64,000 nt of DNA from Octopus vulgaris. Its lineage: Eukaryota. Below the pieces are notes generated by a model. It was not told the origin of the DNA, ran no database searches, and was given only the letters and a program-made list of their open reading frames with translations. The number at the start of each line of letters is the position of its first letter. Positions within the stretch are counted from its first letter, which is position 1. Below, one piece after another: positions 38,925-52,752 of the stretch. Both the position numbers and the translations under genes were made by a program. The stretch lies in NCBI GenBank assembly GCA_951406725.2, contig OX597822.1:70432001-70496000 (forward strand), given 5' to 3'.

Positions 38925-39664
38925 GGATCTTTTCAATTCTGAAGCCAGGACCACAGATCTTTCTACTTAACTAAATAATCTGAAACTTCGTATGCTGATA
39001 GAGTCTAGCAAAACAAGACACAGGTTGGAACTAGTTTATTTGAGAAAAATCTATTTTATGACTTTAATCGTAGATTAAAACTGCGAATTTTAACCAATCA
39101 GATTGTTTGTTTTCATGTGTAAAACTTGACTGCATTCTATTAGTGTGACGTAGAAAGCGCTTTTGTGACGTACTAACGTTCGGAAAACTGTAAACAAACA
39201 CAGAACGTAACGGCAGACGAAATATGGCTACGCATTTCGCCCAGCGTGCTAACGTTTCTGCCAGCTCTTTGCTTTTTTAATATTAAATTTCGGCGAAGTT
39301 TCGCTTGTCGTAGCACAAGTTTTCCGTCGATTTCCGTAAAAAACTTTTATTTTTTTACATAAGTAATGAGAGCGAAAGAGACTAAGAGGAAGCGATTTTA
39401 TGACGAGGGAAGTCTGTCAAGATGTTTAATACGTCACGAAATTGGTGGTCGAGACGGAGTAAATAAAATAAAGCCGAATGACGGAATATCATTGGTTAAA
39501 ATTCTAATTATTAAACAACGTTAAACTTAGAAGTTACAATTCCGTTTTCATTCTGGTTTACAATTAAGTTTACTTTTGACACATTCTACCAGTATACGAA
39601 GTTTCAAATTGTTTGGTTCAGTAGGAAAAATTTGAAAAAACTGGCTTCAGAATAGAAAAGATCC
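38925..39664. mobile_element. Non-autonomous Mutator/MULE-like DNA transposon
   Basis: TIRs ggatcttttcaattctgaagccag / ctggcttcagaatagaaaagatcc; perfect 9-bp target duplication gaaacatat (38916-38924, 39665-39673); CpG-rich interior. Confidence 0.85.
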
Positions 39665-41469
39665 GAAACATATATATATATGTGTATTGAAGAGATATTA
39701 TAAGTGTTTATAAGTGACTGTATGAAGCTGGGTTATATAAGGATTTGGTTTGACACTATTTAAGAATTTTTCCTTTCTGTGATGACTGCACTAGATTAAA
39801 TATTTTAGCACAGGAAACGATTTTAGTCAAGTTCCTTTTTTTTTTTTTTCCCAATGATAACTTTTTTTCACACCTATGGCTAGATTTTTTTGTATCTTTA
39901 TTTGTTGCTTGATGGCTGGTTATTTCAGATTTATTCTTTTGGTCTTTTTAGTTCATTATTCATCTTAAAATAAATCTATTCTGTAGGGTGATGAGCTATC
40001 ATTACCATAAAAAAAAAAAAGACTTATATTAGAATTGGCAGGAACAACTACTAACATTCAAATCTACCTCTATATCAAAAATGAAGTGACTTATTTAAAG
40101 ACGCAAAACAAAATTGAACCCTTGATATGAATTCAGGACTTGTGCGTGAAAGTGTTTTCTCTATCTAAGCTCTTTCACAGCCACTATATTTGCAAGTCTT
40201 TCTATCATAACCAGCACTCAGGAAATATCACACACATATGTAACATATAATATCTGTTGCATATATATGTCAGTTAATATTATATAAAATATCTATTGTA
40301 TATATTATATAATAGAATATATTATCTTTTATATATATGATATAAAACCTATTACGTATAATATATATGTTATATGTTGTTGTTATATAGTACATATTAC
40401 ATATATAATTGTATATGTATGATATATATTACATATATATATATATATATATATATATTATGTGTATGTATGTGTGTGTCAGATGATGATGACGTTGAAA
40501 TCTGAGCAGGTTGTGTTATGATTTTGGCCTTCATGATGTTTATTCACTGCAAAGTCAAAAGAAAATAGTTGATAGATATCTGATGTACTTGGTGTGTGTG
40601 GGTGAGAGAGAGAGAGAGAGAGACACACAGACACAGAGAGACAGAGAGAGATGTAGAGCATCATCATCATTTGCATATTGATGCTATGATGTACATTTAT
40701 CAAACTGTTGGTTTATCAACCTGTCATCATCTCATACATTATTATATGCTTGTGAAACACATACAGCTTTTTCATCGGGTCATCAAAACGCTAGACCATC
40801 AGATGGGAAAACTACATGTGCAAGAAAGCTGTCCGAGAAGCCAACAATGAAAGCATAGTATCCACCATCATGTAACACTGAATATGATAGTCAGGACATG
40901 TGCTTAAACGAAAGGATAGACTTCCTTATCAAATCCTCTTTTCAGTGAGTTAACTATTGGGATAAGGCTTTGAGGATCTCCTTTCTGCTGTTGCAAAAAT
41001 ACCAGCTAAAGTCATACCTCAAAACGGCTGGAATTAAGACAAAATATATGTGTTAAAATTTAAGCCTACAACTGTTCCAAATTGTTCCAACTGACATATC
41101 TTCTATTACTGCTAGAACTGACCTTTTTGTAATAAAATGTAAAAGGAAAGTTGAAGAAAATCATAACAGATCTAAGATGCAACAACAACAACAATAACCA
41201 CCTGCTACTGAACATCCATTGTTGTCTTTGTTCTTGTTTCTGCTGTAGAAAGGATTGGCTGTCTTAGTCATCAATGCCATCAACATTGAGTAACCACTCC
41301 ATCAGCAAGAAACTGAAATTTTTGGACACTAGAAGCAGCTGTCTACACACACACACACACACATGTGCTCTGACTCTCTCTCACATACACTGTATTATGT
41401 TTATATATTAATATATAATATAATCATATATCACACACACACATTTAATTTGAGCCATTTAATACTGAA

Positions 41470-41760
41470 ATGTACTTGCTCTTTCTGGCTAGATACGTAT
41501 TCTTCTTGCATCACATATTCAGTGTCATGGTATCTCACATGATGGCTAAAAGCATTGGTTTCTTGGCAGCTGTAATAAAAATAGCAGCAAAATATTCCGT
41601 TGATGTATCTCCACTTAGTCGATGCAGAATAAGCCAGGGTGCAAGAAAAGCTTTTTGTGAGGTTACCATTTTCGACTGCACTTCGCTGACCTTTATCTCG
41701 GTTCTTAGCCACCAGATTCCCGAGAGAATAGTATAGCTGCTGACTTGAATGTTTCAGGAG
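41470..41760 (-). mobile_element. Possible ancient LINE reverse-transcriptase fragment
   Basis: Translation AVENGNLTKSFSCT...GIFCCYF loosely resembles the RT segment VNG.LS..F....GV.QG...LF. Confidence 0.3.
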
Positions 41761-41905
41761 ATAAAAGGGGGTTCTGCTACCTCTGACTTTTGTTTCTTTA
41801 GCTAGAATTCTCAGTTACTATTGTTTTGAAATTAATCTCTCTGAATGGAAAATCTCGTACTAAATATTTTTATCACTTTGCTGATTGCTTTATATATTAA
41901 TAGCT

Positions 41906-41948
<43 letters not shown>

Positions 41949-41954
41949 TACACA

Positions 41955-41988
<34 letters not shown>

Positions 41989-42266
41989 TGCTCTTTCTTA
42001 TGGTGTTTGATCAGTGCTTGATCTCTTCACAAGAGTGCCTGAAATCCATTATATACTCATATTTGTACTTTTTTGTTTTATATTTCTTCTGAATGTATTT
42101 TTAACTATTTTGTGGGTCCCCCCCCCCCCTCAGGGTCACCTTCATTTCCTTTAGAATGAATGGTAAAAGTGTTTGCTAGTTGACTATAGAACTTTAGTAT
42201 CAACAGATCAGTCACTGAAGGCATTACAACCAAAACCAGAGTTAAGTTTATGGACAGACAAACAGA

Positions 42267-42309
<43 letters not shown>

Positions 42310-44947
42310 TGTAATGTACATGCATATGCATGTGTATTTTAATTGGTTTTGAAGTTAAACAAGATGCACAAACCTCTCAGATTTTGAATAAACAAATAGT
42401 ACATACGCATGTGCGTGCATACGCACGCATGCACATACACACACACACTCACACATTCACACAAAAACCAATGTTGTCATTCTCATTGTCATTACACACT
42501 CTCTTCTATGCCAAAGCAGATTTAGAAACCTTCGTCCTCTAATCGCATCACTTTTGCTTCCCTGTAAATTGTACGTTGCAGAACATTGTGCTGTATTCAA
42601 TGTTGGTGGTCTCTTCAGGGATCATACTTATTAAACGAACATTTTCTGTTGAAATTTTACCCAAGTTAGTTCTGCTTTTCGGTTCTGTCTTGGGCTGATA
42701 AAATACATATGATTTGAGTGGGAATAAGGTGGTTGATTAAATTTGTGGTACCCCCTCTTAGAGATTTGAGCAGTTTAAATAAACTTCAGATACCTGTGCA
42801 GCTTTTTGTCTGCCAGAAATCATCATCATCATCATCAACAGCCTCACCACCTTTCCACCACTTCCATCATCATCAACCTTGCTGCTGCCACCACCACCAC
42901 CACCACTCATCATTATTATCATCTGTTTCTTGTCATTTTTACAGTAGCTTTGTCCCCTACTCTGTTAACTTAATAAAACTCAAGCTATAAGATGGAACTG
43001 TAATATGGTTGCTTGACCTGCTAAAAAAAAAAAACAACAGCTAAATTTTCTCCTGATTCTGCTGACATCAAAAACAAGAAGGACTCCTTGGCCATTGTAT
43101 TTCTAGTTATAGGTTTAAAAAATGAAAAGCCAGATGGGATGGTCATAGTTGGAATATCTGTAAATTTGCTCTTTTAGTCAGGGCTGATCTTGGACTAAAC
43201 AAAAATTAAACTACATTTAAAAAAAAAAATAAACAAAAAAAAAACTGGTGTTCCATTTGTTACCATAATGAACATTCTAGTTTAGTTGATCCAATAAATG
43301 GAACAGCCTGCTTGTATAATAAACTTGCAAGTGGATGAGCACTCTACAGACATGCTTACCCTTAATGTATTTCACAGGGAAATTCAGCATGACATAGTAG
43401 AATGTGACAAGGCTGGCCCTTTTGTATTACTGGTACAACACAATTTTGCCACTTAGCTATACTGGAGCAATGTGAAAAGTGGTGTCTTGCTCAAGGATAC
43501 AATGTATTGCCAGGAATCGAAGTCATGACCTTATGATTATGAGTTAAATACCCTAACCAGTAAGCTAATCGCCTTTAGACATAAAACTGTAAACCCAATG
43601 CAACACATGTTGTTTCCTTAGTAAAAAGGGTCTCTTTTATTAACAAGTGTTTCTGGTTGTATAATTCTATAGCTTTAGGTTTTTGATATTGTTTGTTGTT
43701 TTTTTTCATACCCTTGCTGTTTATTGTTGTGAATAATTTGTTAATCCCTAATCTATTGTGTTTTCAATAGGTGAGCCTGTTTATTTTCCCATTGCTTTCC
43801 ATCCAGGCAGCACACACATGCACACAGCAGCATGTACGCTCACACACCAAACACATACAGACACACACACACAAACACATGCAGACATGCTCCTGCACGC
43901 ACACACTTCTCCATTTGTCTTTTAAGTGTTTGGGTTTTTCTTCTTCCATTCCTAGTTTCCTTTATTTAACATGAGCTGCCATTCAATGGTGCCACTTGCT
44001 GCTCACACTTGGTCATATTGTTAGAGATTCCATTTCAAGAATTTCTCTACTTAATACCATTCTTCTTCCACTTTCTCATTTCTTCATTGTTGCTATAATT
44101 ATTTTTTGTTTAGTTTTTTTTTTATTATAATTTCTGACAACATTAATAAACATATTTGCCCTAAGTCTCTTATATAAACATTATCAAACTATTTTTTAAT
44201 ATTTTATTGTTGTGTTGGTTCATTATTTTTTTAAAAATATTTTTCTTTTTAGACTTTTCTATTTTCTTTTGAATATGATCTATACACATATTGTGTTAAG
44301 AGAATTCATCATCAAAATTTGTGTGTGTGTGTGTGTATAAATTATTCTCTCTATATATGTCATATATAAATAATGTTATATATGTAATTCACACACATAC
44401 ACACACGTAAAGGTGCATGTATGTCTGTGTACATTCTTATCATAACCAACATTGTTTTATGTCTGCTTTCTCCTTGCTGGTATCAGTTAGATGTATATTG
44501 GGGTGGTATGTACTGCAGAATGCCCCTCCTTCAGCAGCCCTTGTTTTTTAAGTAAGGCATTTTTAAAAACAATTTCACTTGTCTTCATACAAAACTTACT
44601 GGGCCATAGGGTGCATCGCTTAGAGAGGACATAAGCATGGCAGATCAATCGCTCAAATTGTGTCCTGTGAAGGTATGTCGAAAGTAAACGCATATGTGTA
44701 CATGTTCACAGGCATGCACATATGTTTACACACACATACACACACACACACGGTATAGATGAATGCATGGTGTATATTTAAGAAGTTTGCTACCCATCTA
44801 TGTTGTTTTGAGTTCAGTACCACTGCATGGTACTTTGAACATGTATCGTCTACTGTAATCCCAGGAACTAAATCCTTGTGCATGGATATGGTAGAGGGAA
44901 ACTGTAAGAAGCCCATCGTGTATGAGACTTATTGTCTTGAAATTGTG

Positions 44948-45350
44948 TGCAGGAGTAGCTGTGTGGTAAGTAGCTTTCTTACCAACTGCATGGTTCCGAG
45001 TTCAGTCCCACTGCATGACACTTTGGGCAAGTGTCTTCTACTATAACCTCAGGCCGACCAAAGCCTTGTGAGTGGATTTGGTAGATGGAAACTGAAAGAA
45101 ATCTGTTGTATATATGTATTTGTGTGTGTGTGTGTGTGTATATGTATGCTTGTGTGTCTGTGTTTGTTCCCCCAACATCGCTTGACAACCAATGCTGGTG
45201 TGTTTATGTCCCCGTAATTTAGCGGTTCGGCAAAGAGACTGATAGAAAAAGTACTAGGCTTACAAAGAATAAGCCCTGGGGTCAATTTCTTTGACTAAAG
45301 GTGGTGCTCCATCATGGCTGCAATCAAATGACTGAAACAAGTAAAAGAGT
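44948..45350 (+). mobile_element. SINE family A
   Basis: Full-length copy; an older head fragment precedes it at ~44760-44920. Confidence 0.9.
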
Positions 45351-45977
45351 AGTGTTAAAGGCGTCTCCTTGTCTTGTCGTACAAGTAATGTTGCTTATTT
45401 CTAATCTTCTGTGGATCCATGTTTGTGCAGGGGAGGGGAAATACTACCTTGCAGGTGAGGATCGGTGACAGGAAAGGCATCCAGCCACGAATATTTCACC
45501 AAACTCCGTCTAACACACGTGAACATAGAAAACTAAATATGTAAATAATTATTTAAACGATGTGTGTGTGTGTGTGTGTGTGTGTGTACATGACAAGTTA
45601 AAGCACAGTTTCTATCTACTAGTTCCACTCACAAGGCATTGATCAGCCTAAGTCTATCATAGAAGACACTTGTCTAAAGTGCACTAGAACCTGAAATCAT
45701 ATTGTTACAAAGTAAACTCATATCTACACAACCATGTCTGCATATATATATATATATATATATGTGTGCGTGCGTGTGTGTGTATGTGTGTGTGTACACA
45801 TGCAAACAAGCTCTATATTGTAATATCTTTTTTTCTGATAACTTTTCTTGTATATTTATTATAATGCATTAACATCTCTTGTTGGCTTTATTACTATCTA
45901 TGTCTTCTTCATGACATTCCGTGTTGTAGGTTGCAGTTATTATTAAATTAACAAAAACTGGCAAAGAACATTTATTA

Positions 45978-46015
<38 letters not shown>

Positions 46016-46107
46016 AAGGCAAAATTGGGGTGGGGTGGGGGTGGAGAAAGAAAATGAAAGTTACTGTGCATCCGCAAATGTTTTTTAATGTTGAAACATA
46101 TTCTTCA

Positions 46108-46197
<90 letters not shown>

Positions 46198-46250
46198 TTA
46201 TTATTATTATTGTTATTATCATTATCATTATTATTATTATCATCATCATT
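46108..46250. repeat. (ATT)n microsatellite
   Basis: Long pure ATT run. Confidence 0.97.
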
Positions 46251-47402
46251 TATTTTTATCACTTTTTAAAGAATTTTTTTTTCTTGAGAATCCTGCCACT
46301 CTATCACCCCACTCCCTGTTTCTTCCTGTCTATGGCTCTTTGCTGAGTGCCTGCTTGTCTGTCTTTCTCTATTCCTATCTATCTGTCTGTCTGTCTCTCT
46401 CTTTCTCTCTCCCTCCCCCCCTGCACTCACACATATTCATACTGTGATGGTGGTTTTTCAGATGTGATGTCTTATGGTGATGATAATTACCCCCATCCAG
46501 ACCTAATACAACTCCACATTCTCCTGTTTCCTTGTCTCTCTCTCTCTATGTCTGCAGGTTTTTTTCTTCTTCTTCTTCCTCATTTTACTTTTTAATTTAT
46601 TTCCTAATAATATTTTTTTCTTACCTTGTTGGAATTTAAAAGTAAAACACAAAACGAATAAGGAAACACAAAGAAATTTGCAAGACTGATGTTATGCATC
46701 ATATTTCACCAGTTGGCTATGTTGCACTGTTAACTGTGCAGTTGATGTTTTTTGTATGCACATTTATATCAGCTATTGTTTAATGTTTTTCAAATATACT
46801 TTTTCCTTGACTCGTATATTTTCTGTAAGTGCATGTGTAGGTGTGTATGGACTCGTGTATTTTCTGTAAGTGCATGTGTGTGCTTGTGTGTGTGCGTGTA
46901 CATGTGTAGGTGTGTATGCGTGCAGAGATGCATTCATATATCTCTGCATTCATATATCTCTGCACTCATATATGCAGACATATATATTTTCTTTTGATGT
47001 ATATGAATTTAATTTGGCATCTGTATGCATTTGTGTGCATGTGTATGCGTGCATTATATTTATGTGTCGTCAACAATGTCTGCGCATAATTTAATTTCCT
47101 CTGTGTGTGTGTATGTGTTACACAGGTGTGCCATTTATAAATGGTAGTAGTAGTAGTAGTAATAATAAATATGGTGATTATTATTTATTTGTTTTTTTTT
47201 TTGAAAGAATGTATATCTCTTCAATTCTCTCTGCATGCACATATGCACATGCTTGCGCTGGAGTGTGTATGCGTGATGGGGGCGTTCTTGCATGCAAATG
47301 TGTGGCTGCTTTGATTATTTATTTATTCATAGAGGCAAAAATATTTATTGCTGTATTTGCATAGTGATGTATGTACATAGGCATCTATGCTCTCTCTCCC
47401 CA

Positions 47403-47456
<54 letters not shown>

Positions 47457-47735
47457 TACAGCCTATGACACACACATCACTCATCATGCATGTTTGCACA
47501 CAGCAGGCATATACAATCACATATATTTTTATTCTTCTCATATTTTATATATTTTAGCCACCTGCCTTCTCTCCCCACCCACATTTCATTCCATTGTGGA
47601 ATTTCACTTGTAGTAGTAGTAATAGTAATTTCTGATATAAGCATGGGGCCAAAAGCTTGCAGTGTTTGACTGGTACTTCATTTTTCTGTTAACCCCTGAA
47701 AAATGAAGGGCAAACGTTGACCTCAGAGAGATTGA

Positions 47736-47962
47736 ACCTTTTTGCATTCAGATTATTCTGTCGAGTATAATGCTTTTCCATCCATGTTGTTTCTAATCAA
47801 TCATGCGTTAACTTAACAGCTTTGAAATTTTGACGACATGACTGTGTATTTTTCGAATGACATTGAAGGGTGGGTGTGATAGGCTGGATCTGGCTGGCTA
47901 GGACACAAAGCAGGTGGCACATTTGGATCAAATATGGCTGGTCTGAATACTAAAGGGTTAAT
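47736..47962 (+). mobile_element. piggyBac-like MITE
   Basis: aacctttttgcattcagatt...aatactaaagggTTAA. Confidence 0.75.
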
Positions 47963-48144
47963 TCAGAACGTGGGAGGACACAAGTAAATACTAGAAGGCA
48001 TTTTGTCTGACTGTCTATGAATTTTGTCAATCCATTACTTGATGATGAATGATTTCCTGATAATTTTTTTCTTCTTTAAATGAAAGCATGAATTTGTAAC
48101 CTTTATGCTTTTGTACAGAGCATTGATAATAATACAGATGTTAG

Positions 48145-48365
48145 GGGAAGGCAGTGAGCTAGCAGAATCATTAGCACACCAGGCAAAATGATTACCGGTA
48201 TTTTGTCTGTCTTCACGTTCTGAGTTCAAATTCTGCCGAGGTCGTCTTTGTCTTTCATCCTTTCAGGGGCGATAAAATAAAGTACCAGTTGAGCACTGGG
48301 GTTAATGTAATTGTATCCGCCACCCCCACCCCGAAATTGCTGACCTTGTGGCAAAATTTGAAATT
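48145..48365 (+). mobile_element. SINE family B
   Basis: aaggcagtgagctagcagaatcattagc...gttctgagttcaaattctgccgagg. Confidence 0.85.
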
Positions 48366-49546
48366 GCTATTAGAGAAGTAACTCTTAATAGAAAAAGGAA
48401 AACAAAAAAAAATGACTCTACTTGACTGAATTTGCTTGTTGACGACTTGTTCTGATCCTTAGTCCTTGCACACAATGAAGGAAGTTCTTTGTTTCATCTT
48501 TTTGATGCCAAACTACCCCAAAATTGCCCCTGTTTTTATGGTATAAAAACATGGCACTCAGATTATTCTGTCAAATGCCTGTATGGAAAGCAGACATTAA
48601 ATGATGATGATGATGGTGTAATACTTATTTATTCACTTTGTTCTGAATTAATTGTGCCTTATCTCACAGCTTTGAGATTTCAATGAGTGATTGTTTATTT
48701 TTAGAATGACATTGTAGTGTAGGTGTGAAAGGCTGAATCTGGCCAGTTTGAACATAAAAGTGGAAGAGTATTTTGACCCAATGTAGCCATTTTAAATGCT
48801 AAAAGAGTTAAGTGATCTAAATTAAAATTTCTCTTTAAAATTCCAGGCTTAATTTATATTCCAAACATCAGCTTATTATTACCAGCAAATTTATTTTAAT
48901 ATGTCCTTTATCATAATTTCCAAAATTAGTTGAAATATAGCGGGTGTGTTTCTACAGAAAATTGGTAACAAAAGTTAAGGTAAGCATAAGATGAATTGTT
49001 GCTGGAGAGAAGGATAGTCAATCAACCAGGGTCCAGATGGCCTTTGGGAGGTCATATAAAATTTTGTTGTTAAAATTTATGTGCAACAAATTGTTTATAC
49101 TTGGACAGTGCACAAAATTAATTAATACTTTTTTATACGATTCTTAATAATACTTCACTATGAAAATAAAGTAGAATTTTTTTTTTATATACATTGAATG
49201 GCTATGGAGATCCAGTTAAATAGAAATCAAAGGGTCCATCATCATCATCATCATTTAACATCTGCTTTCTATGCCGGCATGGGCTGGATGGTTTGACAGG
49301 AGCTGGCTAGACAGAAGACTGTATCATGCTTCGTTCTCTGTTTTTACGGCTGGGTGCTCTTCCTAACACCAACCATTCCACAGAGGTAAAAAAAAAAAAA
49401 AAAAAGGATAGTCGAGAAACACTGCCTGTGCAAACAACTTAGTAACATAACAAGTACATAATTTATTTCAAGGGTGAAGAGTTAAGTTGATCTTTGCAGA
49501 ATTTGAACTCACAATATAACAATTGAGAGTAACTACAATAACATAT

Positions 49547-49769
49547 TTAACCCTTTCGATACCAACCCGGCTGAAACCGGCTCTGTAGTACAAATGTCTT
49601 GTTTTCAAAAGCCTTGAATTAAAATCTTCCACCAAACCTTAGTCATAATTTATGTTCCTAACACTAGCTTAACAACAACTAAGTTATTTCATAACTTCTT
49701 TGTTATAATTAAAATTAATTGAAAGAAACACAGAGCATCTCAAAATAAATACGGTAACGAAAGAGTTAA
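49547..49769. mobile_element. Second piggyBac-like MITE family (CCCTTTCGATACC)
   Basis: TTAA|ccctttcgatacc ... ggtaacgaaagag|TTAA. Confidence 0.8.
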
Positions 49770-50061
49770 AGGCTTCATACTTAACTGCTTCTGCCAAGAT
49801 CACAGATTTATTCATTATTTTTTTTGAGGAAGTTTCCAGCTGAATAATTTGATCTACAGCATGTTATTGACACTTATCCCTCACTTCCACACATATGAAA
49901 CCCAGTGAAATCCCAAGTGGGATTTGAATTCCCAGTGAGTGAGAGGATGTGACTAAATTGTATTAGGCCTCAAGTCTATTGTTGAAATGTCTCTGCTATC
50001 CTAGTTTAGATATATCAGCTGCAATCTGAGCTAAGTTGTCAACTAATATCAATATATATAT

Positions 50062-50480
50062 ATTTCTTTACTACCCACAAGGGGCTAAACACAGAGAGGA
50101 CAAACAAAGACAGACAAATGGATTAAGTCGATTACATCGACCCCAGTGCACAACTGGTACTTATTTAATCGACCCCGAAAGGATGAAAGGCAAAATTTTA
50201 CTTGTTGCAATCATTGCGTTGTGGCTATGCTGGGGCACTGCCTTGAAGAATTCTTAGTATAATGATTTGACCCCAGTAGTTTCTCCTTTTGTTTTTTTTT
50301 TAAAGTCTGGTACTTATTCTGTTTGCCTCTTTTGCTGAAGTGCTAAGTTAGTGGGTGTGTGTGTGTGAACACACCAAAATAATTGTCAAGTAGTGGTTGG
50401 GGACAAACAAAGACACACATATACATATATACAAGGGGCTTCTTACAGTTTCCCTCTACCAAATCAGCCTAAGGCTATAA
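50062..50480 (-). mobile_element. Adjacent SINE B 3' fragment and diverged SINE A
   Basis: Homology to both families, with a junction near 50195. Confidence 0.75.
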
Positions 50481-51129
50481 ATAGAAATGCATAGTAGAAG
50501 TATAATAAAATTGGTTTTGCTTCTACGATACACAAAATATTTAGCAAAAGAATCTTACATGGACACCGGTTGAGAACCACTCCTTGGTTTGCTAGAAACA
50601 GCAACCAAATTTTCTTTCAAATGATACCTTGCCAAAAAAAGATACATTAGACAATGCAATACTAAAAGTATTCCACCTCCAGTAAAAAAACAAAAACAAA
50701 AACAAAAGATAGTCGCTACTGGAATGTGTGCATGTGCATGCATATGTGTGTGTATGTACATGTGCATGTGTGTGCGTGTACATAGACTTGTAAAAGTGAA
50801 TGAAAATGGCTCTATCACAATTATAACAAATATTAATATTGAATTGCTGAAACCAGTAAATACTTCAAAATAGGTGAATGATGTGCCCCAGCTCACTAAG
50901 TTTATATTTATGTATCGTATTTTTATTTAATTTTATCATCTTTAAAAAAAAAAATTTTTTTTTTTTCCTTGGAACAGTTTTCAGATTTCTATGTTTTCAA
51001 CAAAGAAAGAAATCTTGATTGAGGGTTGGGGGTGGGGTGGGGGTTTATGTGGGAGAATCTGAATTTATTTTCATTGTCCACCTCCCTCCCTCCCCCCATT
51101 TACTGGAAATATATCTACTATAATTCCTT

Positions 51130-51175
<46 letters not shown>

Positions 51176-52714
51176 TCATGTTTTATGCACCTGTCACGCT
51201 TTTGTATCGCTTTATCAATTATGTAGTAATGGTTATAGGATTTATTTGATAACAGCATGAATAACAAATGGGAACTGTAACAATCTGTTTAAAAAGCAAG
51301 ACAACGTGTATGATCACTTTTCTACGAAATGTAATGATGTAATAAATCATGATGTAATGATGTAATAACACTCAAGATGCAATAGTGTAATAACAGCCAA
51401 CGGTCAGGTTATTAAGGGATGCCGTTTGCTGGCTCTCTTCCTTCTGTTCTTCATACTCTAAAAAAACTGGAAAACGTCAGCATCTTCAGTACTACACCAA
51501 TATTCTTCTGCCCACTATTATCATTATAACCAAACATGCTTGTAATTTTCCCTTTTCTGGTAATTCCGCAAGGATTCAGAGTTCAGAATAAGAAGATAAA
51601 CTTTTATTATTTTTGATGATCGGGATCTCTGATGGTCAAAACAGAGAAATTCAAGCATATTTAAATAAAATTTTTTCTTTATTTTTGTAATATATTTATA
51701 TATCTCTCCTTCCTTTTGGGCTGATTGGGTGGGGAAATGAGGGGAAGAATGCAACTTTTTTTTTTATTCATTTTGGTAATCTGGGATAGTTAATGTTTTA
51801 CATTCGCTCTTATTAATTTTGATCGTACACAATTTTCATCTCTTGTTTAAAATACGTTCCCAGCGTTTTTAACATGCACTTTGCCCTGCTTGCATGGCTG
51901 AGATGGAATTTGTCAAGGTGGATTTTCAATGGCCTGCTGTCCTTCCTTTCACCAACCCTCACTGGCTTCCAAGTAACATGATATTTCCCTATGGCCAGAC
52001 ATGTTTTTACAGAAGATTGGAGATGAAGGAAACCCCTTGCATGGCAGTGACATTCTTTTACAATTATCGTGTGAAACAAAGGCAAGGAGAAAGTAACACA
52101 AACACACACACACACACACTTGCAGTTTTTGGCTATCAAATCTACTCAACAGCTTTGAAACCTTGATAGCATCATAGGGGCTCCATTGTGACATGCTGTG
52201 CATCTACATCAATCTTCCCCATCTGCCATGGCAATGTGCCAGCACTCAGTTCTCCTCTGTTCCTTGATATTGTTGACCTGATTTTTCTTCTGTCCACCGT
52301 CCCTTTTTTCCCCTTCTACAGCTTGCTTACTCATAGCTGAACTTGGGGCTAAAAAACAACAACAACAACGCCATGCCATATTAAAAAAAAAAAGCAAACG
52401 ACCAACAAAAAAAACCGAGGATGCGTCATTGTGTTTGAACAGAGATAGTTAAATTGGATTGTCTTTGATCATAGCTCTGCTGGATCAGTGCTGGCCTGGG
52501 GCTAAATGTAAGGAACATAAAAGCAAGACTAATTTTGTTAAGAGAAGCAATACTGTGAATTCATATCAGCACCAGTACCTTACTTTTCTAAGTACTTTTG
52601 CCAAACCCTAGAGAGATAAAGATGAGATTCCAAAACAGAATTGTGAAACCTTAAAATTTGTGGTTCTCTTTGAGTCGTTTCCCTATTTTGTTCCAACTCT
52701 GCTGCACAACAATA

Positions 52715-52752
<38 letters not shown>

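Noticed and set aside
52322-52452. Strong acceptor followed by a short open frame
   Set aside because: Downstream sequence matches a dispersed repeat end (ctggggctaaa..caacaac) also seen near 43190 and 52490; no independent support.
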